Below are positions 1 through 14,904 of a stretch of DNA of 64,000 nucleotides, in pieces. Source of the DNA: Antechinus flavipes (lineage: Eukaryota); NCBI RefSeq assembly GCF_016432865.1, contig NC_067403.1, forward strand, positions 254,014,001 through 254,078,000, in the 5' to 3' direction. Each line of letters begins with the position of its first letter. Position 1 is the stretch's first letter. The position numbers and the translations under genes were made by a program. The notes below the pieces were generated by a model, which was given only the letters and a program-made list of their open reading frames with translations, made no database searches and had not been told where the DNA came from.

Positions 1-560
1 GAGACAGTAGAGAGCCCCTGGGGTTTGAGGGGGCGAGGAGATGGAGTGATCATCCCGTGCTTTAAGAGTCTCACTCTGATGGCAGTGAGGAATGGACTTT
101 CTGGGGAGAGACTGGAGGCAGGCAACCCGCCACAGCTCCTGCCATAGTCCAGGGGTGGGGTCCTGAGGGCCTGGGCCAGGGAGGGGTCGGTGCCCGAGGA
201 GGGGAGGGGGCTTCCTCGAGAGATGCTGCAGGGGTGGAATTGTCGGGCCCACCGCCATATTGGATCTGGGAGATGAGCCATGGTGAGGAGGACTGGGAAG
301 AGAGAGATGCTCTCTATGGTCGCAGGGAAAGTAGGAGGGTGGGAAGGTTTCGGGGAGAAGGGGAATGAGCTCAGTCCTGGGCGGTTTAAGAAGTCGGGGG
401 GAGTCCAGAGTGAGGAGTACTGGAAGTGCAAGGTTGGGGGTCAGCAGAGAGGTCAAAGGTAGATTGAGAAGATAATTGAGAGGGAGCAGTGTTGCTGGAA
501 TGGTAAGGTCAGAAGCCAATGGTAGGGGGTGAGGAAGGGAAAGTGAAGGCCCCGTGGTAG
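1..560 (-). mobile_element. Degraded L2 LINE fragment
   Basis: Purine-rich text such as 'ggggagagactggaggcaggcaacccgccacagctcctgccatagtccagg' resembles the antisense strand of mammalian/marsupial L2. Boundaries approximate; recognised by eye. Confidence 0.5.
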
Positions 561-1527
561 GAAGGCCAGGTCTCATAAGGGCTAATAGATGGAAGGAGGG
601 GTAAAGGAAAAGCCTGGAGATCCAGGGAAGCTGGTTGCCCGTGGAACGGGCATCCCAGAGGGCACCGGGGATGGGCTGGGAGGAGTTGGGAGGGGGAAGG
701 CTGGGGAAAATGGGAATGAGGAATCGAGTCGGGCGGGGGATGAGGGTTGGAGGACGGCGATCAGTAACTGGGGTGTGAAGAACATGCCAGTGAGAATGCT
801 CGTTGGTGAGGAGATGGGAGGCCGCTCTTCTGAGCTCTGGCTGCTCCCCACATCCTGGGGGGGCCTGGGCGGGCAGCAGGAGGCCCTCGTGCAGGTACTT
901 TGGGGCCGGCGTTCCTCGGGGAGCGTGCTGGGCCCCTGCTGGGGAGAGATAGGACTCGGGGCAGCAGGGCGCCCTGGAGAAGCCGTGGGGGCAGTGGCCA
1001 GGACCCTAATCTCCACTTCTGCCCCGACACTGGCCGTGATGGCCCAATGACGTGGTGGTGGAAGGGCTGCTGAGATGCTCCTTGGAGGAAGGTTCTCCAG
1101 TTAGATGAAATCACAGACCCCGACCCTTCCTCCTCCTCTGGAAAACATTCCAGCCCTCTTGTCCGGCGCTGGGGACACTCTGTCGGATAAAACGGCCCTG
1201 ACCTCGGGGAGCACGTGTTTAAGTAAAAATCTAATTTTTTCACATTCCCACCCATGAGAGCCAGAGAAAGGTCAGGAGGCATCCCAGCCCATTGGCCGCG
1301 GCCTCTCCCCTCTGTCCTCCTCGGCCCTCTGGGCCCTGCCCGGCTCTGACTTGCAGCTCTCCAGGGCTTCCTCTCGCCGCCTTGTCGCCCTTGTCATGTG
1401 CCCTCCTGCTTGGGTTTCTCTGCTTCGGGGCCCACGAGTTTCCCAGACTTCCGAGTTGTTCCCTGGCCCCCACATTTGTGTCTGGGCTTTGTCCGTCTGT
1501 CCCCTGGGTTTCCAGCTCTTTGCCGCC

Positions 1528-4500
1528 ATGAGCGCTTTTGTACAGATTGCCCTTCTCTTCCTTGTGCGCCCTCTCTGGGGCTCGGGCCTGGGGGGCCGCA
1601 GGAGGATCTTTCCGGCTCCCAAGGGGAGCCCCTCAGTCCCGGCTGCTCCTCTGTGGCCCACAGCCCTTCCGGGGCCCCTGCGCGGGCCGGCTCCTGCTCC
1701 CTGCCCTCTTCCTGCTGCTCCTGGGATTGGCCATCGTGGGATTCTGGACGTCCGTGTTGCCGTGGCCCCCTTGGGAGGCCGAGGCCGAGCCAGCGGCCGG
1801 GGACAGCCCTGCGGACTGCAGGTGAGAAGCCCCTTGGGGAGGGGGGATTTACTTCAAAAGCCTCACTGGAGTACCTGCTAAAGGGGCCGCTTCCTGCCTC
1901 TGGGGACTCACAGACGATTGGGGGAGCGGAGGGAGCCATCCATGGGGGCTGATTTTTTAAAGTAGAACGTGATGGGAACCAGGGAAAGTTCCAGAGAAGA
2001 TGATCTAGGAGAAGGAAGGGAACAAGCATTTATTAAGCACCTGCTGTGTGGCAGGCATTGTGCCGAGCACTTTACAAATATTGCCTCACTGGATCCTTCC
2101 AACAGCCCAGAGGCAGGTGCCGGAATTATTCCCATTTTATAGCCGGGGACACTGAGGCAAAGCTTGAGTGGCCCATCACTATTGCGCCCAGCGCAGCACA
2201 AACGGGCTGGGGGCGGTTGGAGAGGAGGAGACGGGGCTCACCGAGAGGAGTCCTGCGGCTTCCGGGGATTGCCGCCGGGTGTTGCTCTGGGAGCATCCAC
2301 TGGGACGCTCCCAGGGACGCCATCGTGCCCCAGTAATTGTGGGGACCTCCCGGCCTCCTGACTTCCAGCTTAAATGCGCCTCTATTAGTCTTGGGAGGAG
2401 GGAGCATCCCGTTACCGGAGCCTCCAGGCGCCAGGAAGGGTCTGAGGCTGATTTTGAACCTGGCGCTTCCTGCTTCCAGGCTCTCTCTGTCCCCAAGTAG
2501 CGGAATGAATCCCGCCTGGGACACAAACCCTCTCCTCTGGGACCGTTTCCTCGCCCGTAAAACGAAGGGGCTGTGGTCAGGTGGCGGACGGCCCCCGGGT
2601 GCGAAGGGCTGTGGGGGGCGATGGTCCCTCCGGGCAGAGGGTGACAAGCAGCCCACTGTGGCCGTCACACGGGGGCATGAGGCCGTCGGCGGGAGAGAGG
2701 GCCAGCTGCCGGGGAAGAAGGAAGACTCGGCCAGGCAGTGCAGGGGGGAAGGCAGAGTGGGGGCGGGGAGAGGGGGAGCCTTCTCTTGTCCCCCTCCCCA
2801 TCCTGGCCCTCCCCCCGCAGCCTGGTGCTGGCTGAGAGCATCCCAGAGGGCATGAGCTTCGGGCCCGGAGGCCCCCGGCATCTCTCCACCCACCGGGCCT
2901 GGCTGCAGCTGATCCACAGAGCCCAGAGCCGAGTTGACATCGCGGCCTACAACTTCACTCTGCGGTCCAGAGCCACCGGCAGCGCCCACCCCTCGGGCTG
3001 GCAGGTGAGGAGTCGTCCGAAGAGAGCGGGGGCAGAAGGGCTGTGTCCGAGTGGGCCGGGAGGGAGGCCGGGCTGGGAGAGCGGCTCTGGAGGGCACCGC
3101 CTCCTCCTGCCAGCTCGGGCTTTGCTGCCAGCCGCCTGCCCCGGCCCTGCCCGCTCTGCTTGCCCAGCGCTCCTTCCCAGCTCGCTCTTCCCCCCTTCCG
3201 GGGTTCGGGTCCCCTCGCGCTCCCCCCTCCAGGATGCAGCCCCCCCGCCTCCTGCTCCGCGGCTGGTCCCTGCCCGTTCTCCCTCCTCCTCCCCTGGAAG
3301 ACACTCGGTTTTTTTCTGAACTCGCCCTCCCCCTGCCCACTCCTTCCCCACTGAGACCTTTCCTCTAGGCTGGCTCAGGGGAGAGCCTGGTCAGGGAGGC
3401 TTCCCGTCCTCCCCCTTAGGAGGCGAGTGTCAGACAGAGACACCGGGCACACGGTAGCCACTTAATAAATGCTTTTCCCTTCTCTTTTCTCTTGTCAAAG
3501 GTTGAAGGTCTAATAGGTGGCAGCCAGTACCAGAACTCACACCACTGACTGAAGGAAAGGAGCAAGGGGGAGAGGGGAAGGAGGGGAGGGGAAAGGGAGG
3601 GACTTTGCCTCTGCCCGACTTAACACAGTAATAGCCCCCCTCCCTGAGAGTTGTTGCGGGCACTAAATGAAGCATTTGCGCCTGGCACATAGTGGGTACT
3701 ACATAAGTTCTTGTTTCTTTTCTCCCCCCCTCCCCCTCTCCCCCTTCCTCCCTTTCTCTCCAATGCGACAGGACGGGAGTGTGGGGCTGCCCTCCCCTCC
3801 CCACCATTTTGGGCCCCTCCTTCCTGAGCACTGAGGGTGCTCCCTCTGACTCTTGCCCCCTGCCCTCAGGAGGACCAGGGGCTGCCCGCTGTCTCCATTC
3901 CTCATCGCCTTCGCCTTCTCCCCTACCAGAGCTGCCCGTCGCGCGCCCCGGTTTCTCCCTTTCCACCGCAGGCTCTGAGGGAGGCCGTGCTCCCCCTGGC
4001 AGCCCCCCTTCTCCCTGGGGCCCCCTCGCCCATGACTTGCTGTGGCATAAAACCACCAAGTGGCGGCTCCCGGGGCAGCCTGTGTGGCTCCGAGTCCGGC
4101 CTGGCCAGGAACTGCTCTGGCCCCTGCGGCGGCGGCTGCCTCGCTCTCTGAGCCGTTGCCTAAGGCCGGGGGGCGGCCGTCCCGGTGGGAGGAGGGCCCT
4201 GGGACTCTTGGAGGGGCTGCGGCCCAGCAGGCGTGAGATGAGGCCGCGCAGGAGCCCCGGCACGCTCCGGGAGGCCCGGCTCTCTGAACCCCGCTTTCTC
4301 TGTCCCGGGCCGCAGGGCCACGAGATCCTGGACCGCCTGCTGTCCCTGCCCGGCCGAGGGGTTCGGTTACACGTCGCCATGAACAGTCCCCAGCCCTCGG
4401 ACATGGACGCGGATGAGCTGGGCAGGCGCGGTGAGCCGGGGGGAGGGGCCGGCCCTGGAGAAGGGGGCAGAGAGACCGCGGGAGCTGAGCGCCCCCTCCC

Positions 4501-7500
4501 TTTGTGCAGGAGCCACGGTGACCCCAGTGCACATGGAGCAGCTGACCGGAGGCATCGTCCACTCCAAGTTCTGGGTGGTGGACGGCCGGGATGTCTACGT
4601 GGGCAGCGCCAATTTGGATTGGCGGGCTCTCACCCAGGTAGGGGGCGGCGAGAAGGGGCCAGGAGATTGGAAGGGGACAGCGAGAAGGGGAGGGGGCGGC
4701 AGCCAGTCTGGAGGCCTCGGGCACAGTGCCCCCATCTCCCATTCAGATCAAGGAGCTAGGAGCCGTCCTGTACAACTGCAGCCCTGTAGCCCGGGACCTG
4801 CTCTCCATCTTCAACATGTACCAGGCCCTGGGAGGGCCCGGGGCCATCCTGCCCACCGCCTGGCCCCCTCGCTTCTCTGCCGGCTCCAGCCTCCAGAAGC
4901 CCATCCGCCTGCACCTCGATGGTCACCCAGCTGACGTGTACCTCTCGGTGAGACCCCCCCCAGCCATACTGGGAGGCCGGTCCTGTCCTGCAGTCACTGG
5001 CGGAGGGCCCCAGGGAGCTCTGGAAACCCCTCCCGCACTTAACCCCCCGGGGCCTCCTGGGCAGGTCGTTGCCTCTGCGCAGGCCTCAGGGTTTTCATCT
5101 GCAGAAGGAGGGGTTGGACCCCAAGGCCTCAGGGTCCCCGGGGCTGAGGCAACGAAAGGGATATGGCGAGGTCGCAGCGGGGATTCCTGGTCTGAAGTAC
5201 TGGACACGAAGGGCAAAGCACACGTGGAGAAGCCGCCGGGACAAGAGGCTTTAGACCAAATGAAGCCGTAGAATAGGCCCCAGCGTGGGGGAGATGAAAC
5301 GGGTTTGGGAGAGCACAAAAGGGGCCGGGAAGGGGGTTTTAACAGTTAACAAGGGAGAGGCGAGTCCCTTCGTGGCGCTCCCACCGTAGCCATTAAGGGA
5401 ATGGGCCACGAGGCAGGCTCTGATTGGCTGCATCCATAGAGGAGCTTAATCCCCTCCCCAAAAGTTACCCATAACAAGGAGAGACTCAGGCAGAGCAGCA
5501 CGATGGGCGAACCCACCAGGGAGTCTGCTGAGACGGTGAGGCCGGGGGCAGACCCATAGGCCCAAAATGGGCGTCGGACACAGGCAGGCGGGCTTCCCGG
5601 GGTGGGCCTGCGGCTGAGCTGACCCCACCCGGGCCCTGCCTCTTGCCTCAGGAAGTGGGGTCAGCACAGCAGGATCCCCTCAGGCAGTCGTCCCCCCTTC
5701 CTCCATCCGGCCCCGCCCCTTCTCATGCTCCTTCCCTCTTGCCAACATCTGTGGGTTCTCAGGGGCCTCAGTCATTCCCATTTCTGCCAGAGGAAGGAGC
5801 AAAAGGCCTCTGAGAGGGGCGGAGAGGCAGGGGAGGAGGGGGAGCACCCAGGCGGCTGGAACAGCCAGAACAAATGCCTGGAGGCTGGACTTTGAGTCTC
5901 CTGCAGCTTGGCCCCTGGGCTGGAGCACAGAGTTGTGGGGGATCCCCCGCTAATCAGCCTGAGCAGGGACCAGCAGAGCAGCCAGCTTCTCCCCCAGACA
6001 GCCATGGGGGACCAGCAGTGAGCGAGTGGTCAGTGTGGCAGCCGTAGGGAGGGAGGGATGGAGAGGGGAGAGCTGGGAGAATAGTTAGGAGGGCGATGGG
6101 GACCAGGGCTACCTTGGGCCAGCCAGCGGTGGAGCGGGGAAGAATTAGCAACAGCCTCCAGAGAACCTTCAGGGTTTACAAAACACTTCTATAACAGGCC
6201 CTCAGAACAAGCCTGTGGGGCAGGCAATTTTACAGATGGGGAAACTGAAGCTGGGAGGGTCAATGACTTATCCAGGATCACACAGCTAACAAGTGTCCCA
6301 GGCAGAATGTGACAAGCCAGTGTGGGCAGGGCATTGGCCAGCCGGGGTCGTTGGGCATCACCAGGAGCCTCTGCCCCAAGCCCTTCCTCCGCCTCGGCCC
6401 TTCCTCAGCCTCGGCCCGGGCCCTGCCTCCGCCTCAGCCCGGGCTCTGCCTCCGCCTCGGCCTGCAGCTTCAGGGGGAAAGTGGGAAGCGGGGTGGCTGC
6501 CCTTGTCCAAGGTTGGGGGCTGGAAAGGGATCAGCAGGGAGAGGTCCCGGCAAGGATCCCTGGAGGGGTGAGGCCGGGGAAGGGAGCCAGAGAACCCAGG
6601 TAGGAGGGGCTGGGGGCCCCTGGCAGGGCAAAGGGGAAGATGGGAGTTTTGCCTGTGGACCATCTGGCATGTCTGAGGGAGAGCAGTATATATGGGAATC
6701 CTTTACTATGAGGGCAAGCATGGGGGGGGGGGCAGGGAATGACCCGGGGGCTGGTGACAAACAGTTTGCAGGCACCTGAGGCTGGTCCCTCACGGAGGAG
6801 GTGTCCCTGAGTGAAGGCGAAGCCAGAGCATGCTGGCTCCTAGTGCCGCCTCCCTTGCCCTTGCTTTCTCTTCTCCCCAGTCCTTTCGGCATCCCCTGAG
6901 CTCACGGGCTGTACCCAACCTTTGTGGCTACAGAGCTCCCCGCCAGCCCTGTGTGCCCCCGGCCGCACGTCGGACCTCCAGGCCATCCTCAGCACCCTAA
7001 GCCAGGCTCGCAAGTTCGTCAAGGTCTCCGTCATGGATCTGATGCCTCAGTGCATGTTCTGCCAGCCCAAGAGGTGAGGAGACCCGGCCTGGAGCCGCCC
7101 TTTTCACATGGGCCTCCCTGGCCTGAGATCTTAGTCCGTCCTGAGCCCGCTGCTCCCGCAGCTGCTGGGGCCTCTGCCCTGTCATTGCTCCTCTGCCACC
7201 CCCAGAAAGCACGCCTCTGTGCTTTGTCCTTGGACCGGTGGGGTCTGGGAACTCCCGGTCTCGAGGCTTCTCCTGAGACCTGCAGCGACGACCCCGTGTC
7301 CCTCCCAGATTCTGGCCGGAGCTGGACTCGGCCCTGCGGGCCGCGGCCTGTGACCGGCGGCTTCCTATCCAGCTGCTGATCAGCTGCTGGCGTCACTCGG
7401 ATCCTAATATGTTCATCTTCCTGGAGGCCCTGAGCATCCTGGCCCAGCCGCCTCTGTCCTGCCCTCTCCACGTGGTGAGTTTCCTTTGCAGAAGCGCTTT

Positions 7501-9455
7501 GCGGACTTGTCAGCCCCCCAAACTCCGGGAGGAAGGGGCCCACTTGGCCAGTAAGTGAGTTTCAAGGCCGGGCAGTCCCATAAAAGCCTTTAAGTGCCCA
7601 CTGTGTCCCAGCTGGGAAGCTCCGGGGCTCCGCAGTGGGCAAAGGGCCAGGCCTGGAGTCGGGAAGACTCTCCTTCAGAATTCAAATGCAGCCTCAGACA
7701 CTTCCTGGCTGTGTGACCCTGGGCGAGTCCCTTCACCCTGTTTGTCTTAGTTTCCCCATCTGTCAAATGAGCTGGAAAAGGAAAGGGCAGAATCTCTGCC
7801 AAGGAAACCCCACAGGGGGTCACAGGGAGAGTTGGGCCAGACTGAAAACAACTGAAGAAAAAAAAAAGCACTGGGGATGCAAAAGGAGGCAAAGGCAGCC
7901 CCTGCCTCGGGGAGGTTCAGTGGGACTGGGGAAGAGAACCGGTGAAAGGCGACTGAGGCACAGAGCGGGAGTAAACCCTCTGACTGCACAGCAGTCCAGC
8001 CAAAGGAATTCCTGCGTTGTCCATGGACGGGCAGGTCTCCTTCTGCATGTTCGGTCCATAGTCTCCTTCATCTTTAGACTTTTGGTTTATCTCAGCACTG
8101 CTCACAGCTCTAAAGCTACTCCAAGTTTCAACCAGCATCTATTAAGTACCTACTATTTGTGGCATAGGAACCCAGAACATAAATCTCTGGGAGAGGGGCC
8201 TGGGTTTTTGGGGGGGGGCGGGGGAGCAAGAACGGGTGATGTCACCTCTCCCGGCCCCAGGGAGCCCTCGTGCTTGGTGAAGGAGCCGCTCTGATCTGAA
8301 TCGGGAACGGATTTTCACAAGGGGTGGGCCCGGCACTGAAGATCTTCCCCCCAAGATGGAAAGCTCTCGCTTGGCTCCTTCAGGCTGGTTTAATAGGGAG
8401 GGCTCAGAGGCGCTTTGGAGCTCCCTTTGTAACAACGGGGTCTCCAGAAACAGCGTCAGTTATATCGGCCGAAAACCCCGGGCTGTGTGCCTGGGCACGA
8501 TCGAGAAGCAGTGCCAGCGGGCAGCTAGTGGTGCGGGGGTTAGAGCACCAGCCCCAAAGCCAGGAGGACCCGAGCTCAAATCTGCCCTCAGAACTTACCC
8601 GTCCTAGCTGTGTGACCCTGGGCAAGTCACGTAACCCCACTGCCTAAGGGAAAAAAGAGCCAGCCCGGAGGGAGTTTCCTTTCTATTAGAGGAAAGCCAC
8701 AGAGCAAAGGCCAGGTGATTTCATGGTGGAGGCACAAGCACTGAGGGGAGGGGTGATGGAACAGCCGGTCCGGAAGCATTGATTAAGCGCTTGCTGTGTG
8801 CCAGACTTTGTGAAAGGGCTGCCGGGCCGGTGCGTGGGGGAGAGCCTGGAACACCTGACTTGAGCCCCCCGCGTCAGATGATGGTCCGTGGGTCCCCCAG
8901 AAAGCCGGGCATCCCCACACTATTCCCACTCGCCCCGCGTTCCCCCTTTCCTGCAGAAGCTGTTTTCGGTGCCCGTGAGTGGGGACCAGTGGCAGATCCC
9001 TTATGCCCGGATGAATCACAACAAGTACATGGTCACTGACCAGGCCGCCTACATCGGTGAGTGGGGGAGGGCGCGCCCCGCGTGCCGGGATCCTCGGGGA
9101 CACTTGCCGCGCTGCGCCCTCCTGGGATCCGGCTGGAGCCAGGCAGAGCCTGGGCGCGGGAGCCCGCGGCCGGCTCAGCCAGCGCAGGTGTGGGGAGCCC
9201 TGCCGGGACCCTCCGCGGAAGCGCCTCGGCCTCAGCCCGCTCTCTTCCCCTGCAGGTACCTCCAACTGGTCCCACGATTACTTCCTCCGCACCACGGGCG
9301 TGGCGCTGGTGATCACGCGGCCCCGAGGGGCCCAGATGCTCCCGGTGCAGAGAGAGCTTGGGGCGGTCTTTGAGCGAGACTGGACCTCTCCCTACGCCCT
9401 GCCCCTGAGCCCCCACCCCCCCTGCGCTGCCCGGGGCCCAGAAGGGACCGGCTAG
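1528..9455 (+). CDS. PLD3/PLD4-like type II membrane phospholipase D-family protein (candidate lysosomal 5'-3' exonuclease), 9 exons, about 508 aa if the exon-1 frameshift is corrected
   Basis: Exons 1528(1538)-1821, 2821-3004, 4316-4430, 4510-4637, 4747-4947, 6934-7073, 7309-7474, 8957-9056, 9256-9455. All introns are GT-AG with consistent phases. Translation gives the TM segment [19 protein letters not shown], then [65 protein letters not shown] (HKD1), [74 protein letters not shown] (HKD2), [11 protein letters not shown]. These blocks are collinear with human PLD3. The ATG at 1528 (gccgccATG) is 1 nt out of frame with the TM-coding frame. Confidence 0.9.
7650..7770 (+). mobile_element. MIR/marsupial SINE fragment
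   Basis: 'ttcaaatgcagcctcagacacttcctggctgtgtgaccctgggcgagtc...agtttccccatctgtcaaatg' is the MIR core. Similar fragments occur near 6200-6300 (-), 51170-51240, 57215-57320, 61770-61860 (-) and 62265-62340 (-). Confidence 0.7.
8519..8657 (+). mobile_element. Marsupial tRNA-derived SINE (WSINE1/SINE1-like)
   Basis: gggcagctag..agagcaccagcc..aggaggacccgagctcaaat..tagctgtgtgaccctgggcaagtcac..aaccccactgcct followed by an A-rich tail. Confidence 0.8.
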
Positions 9456-9589
9456 CTGGGGCTTGGCCAGCCTGCTTTTAGCCTGGAGCTGGGGGGAGGG
9501 AAGTGCCGGACATACAGCCCCAGCAGGACGGCTCCGGTCCTCAGGACGCTCCCCTTCCAAGCTGGGAAAGCGACAGTTACGTTTCGGTC

Positions 9590-9595
9590 AATAAA
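9590..9595 (+). terminator. Polyadenylation signal of the PLD-like gene
   Basis: AATAAA 135 nt after the TAG at 9453-9455. Confidence 0.7.
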
Positions 9596-10159
9596 GATGA
9601 CGTTCGGCGGGCTGGATGCAGAGGAATGGGGGCGCCCCCAGCTGGCTCTGGGGTGGGAGAGGGGATGGGGGGGGAGAAGGAAGGGGGAGAGGGGAGGGGA
9701 GCTGCAGCGCCGGGCTGAAGTTTGCAGGGATAGCACGGACCCAAGCCCTTCGGGTACAGCCTCCCCCGGGGGTTAACTCGGCCGAGAGCCGTGTAGAACC
9801 CTGGGAAGACGGGCTGACAGAGCGAGGGGGAAATGGAAAGACTTGGGCTTGGCCAATAATGAAAACTCTTGCTTGACCGCGTATTTGTGATGGAAGTTTT
9901 GTTTTTTCTTCTTCTGTGGGTGGGACATAGAGAAAACACAAAACGAGTCCTGGAAGACTAGCGGGCTGAGAAGTTTTTAGATTTAATCCCAAAAGTAAGA
10001 GGGAGGTGCGGAAGTTTTCAGAACGGGCATCTAGCCCTGGGCCTGGGGATTGGACGACTGGCCTAACGGGCGGCTCAAGGCACACGCCCCGCCCATCGGT
10101 CCGGTTTCTTTAGACAGACTTCTCCCACCGAAGTCCCCATAATCACCCAAACAATCCAG

Positions 10160-13355
<3,196 letters not shown>

Positions 13356-13567
13356 ACGGACACGTGCTCTTCCTTGTTTATTTGTGGTCTTCGGCAAGAC
13401 GTGAAGGCTGGCTCTCGGCGCCCCCGGCTGGGCCCTGCCGCTCTCTGGAGGCCTCGGGGAACAAGGTTCCTTTCTCTGGTAGTCCCCCGGCCTTTCCTGA
13501 CTTAGATAAGGGCTCTTGGTTCTTAGAGCAGCCCAGCGCCCGTCACCCTGGGTGGTAACGGGCACTT

Positions 13568-13573
13568 AATAAA
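13568..13573 (+). terminator. Probable POLR2G polyadenylation signal
   Basis: AATAAA about 210 nt after the stop codon, inside an L2-tail-like context (ggcacttaataaac). Confidence 0.6.
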
Positions 13574-14904
13574 CGTTGTCAGATTCTGTGGACTCTCTCA
13601 GTCATTGTCTCTCGTGCTGTCCCCCCGCCCCCTCCCGTGGGGAATTCTCTGGGGCTGTGACCCCCAGTGATCGGGGACACTAGGGAGGCTGGGGATACTT
13701 GGACTCCGGGGAAATCTGCAGGTGACAGAGCCAGGAGAGGCAGCCAAGTGCTGACGGCAGAGTCGGGATCCCAGGCTATCTTGGCGGGCTTGACTCTTGG
13801 ACTGAATCAGATCACGTTTAGTCGTGATAAATGCACATCCCCTTTCCAGTACAAGCTGGGGGAGGCACGGACAGGCAGTTCTGGAGATGGTCTGGCGGCC
13901 TTAGCGGACTACAAGTTCAGGGTAAGTCAGGCAGATGCCCTGATTCCGCCTTATTATCAGCCTTCCTCATGTGAGGAGCCAGAGCTCGGGGTCCCAGCAC
14001 TGCAGGCCTTCCATCTCTGGCTGAGTGTAGCATGTCGCTGTAGAAGGGCAACACGGGGCCTGGCCAGGCATCTTCTACCTTCCCCAGGGCGGTGTTCACA
14101 CCAGCACATCCTGCCTGCCCAGAATCCCAGATGGGCCACAGAGAGGGCCCAGGCAAAGAAGGGCCACCCTCCCTCCCACCTTTGACCTCCTGTCTCTTGC
14201 TCTGCCCGTCCTGTGAAGGAACAGGAGTGGTGTCCTCCATACACCTGATTACACTGGTCACATCAACCCTCCGACCCCAGTCTGCACCATCTCCCCTGAC
14301 CCGATTCCTCCTCCCCCCATTTCCCTCGATCCTTTCATGTCAAAGGCTTATCCTACTGCTAGCAGCCCATCCAGGTGCCTTCTGGAATGCTCAAAGGCAA
14401 CAAACTTCCCCCTTTTGTTTCTGTCTTTTCCTCCCTCCTTCCATCTTCTAGTTCTTTGTCTACCTTGCCTTTCACAGTCTCGGTACTGGTGGTACCTTTG
14501 CTCATTTTACTTGGCTCACGGTCAAGATGTCCCTTAAGTTCTTCTAAATTGCTGTTGTGTTAATTATTCGCTTGGGTCTGTTCACAGCATTGCACACGTC
14601 CGTACAAATAAATGTTCCTGAGTTTCTCTTATAGATTCCCTCCATCACCTCTGCCCATTCAGCATCCCTCTTGGCGATTCAGCCACGCCCTTTCATTTGC
14701 CTTACCCGGTTTAGCTCCCATCCAGTGGAAGGCGTTTCCTCAATTCCCCAGTTTTTGCCACTACAAAAAGAGCTGTAGTTGATAAGTTTGTGTAACAACA
14801 GTGGGTCCTTTTTGTTTTTTTGGATATCTTGGGGGCTGTTGGCCTCCAAAAGACTTAGCATCTTTCAAAGGATTCTGTGAGAATTCGGTAAGAAAGACGA
14901 ATCT

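Noticed and set aside
2126-3340. 404-aa minus-strand ORF, and similar long ORFs such as 3430-4404, 28282-29298, 57748-58758 and 62577-63485
   Set aside because: They are low-complexity Gly/Arg/Pro/Ser translations of GC-rich or polypurine DNA, lie antisense to or overlap real exons, and resemble no protein family I recognise.
3972-4151. Strong-looking acceptor at 3971/3972 and a Cys/Gly-rich peptide ([12 protein letters not shown]...CLAL*) in intron 2 of the PLD-like gene
   Set aside because: Use of the acceptor leads to a stop at 4151, there is no recognisable homology, and such peptides arise readily in GC-rich DNA. At most a speculative poison exon.
1528-9455. PLD-like locus as a processed pseudogene or captured poxvirus K4L/F13L-type gene
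   Set aside because: It has eight spliceosomal introns with consistent phases, an N-terminal TM anchor and its own poly(A) signal.
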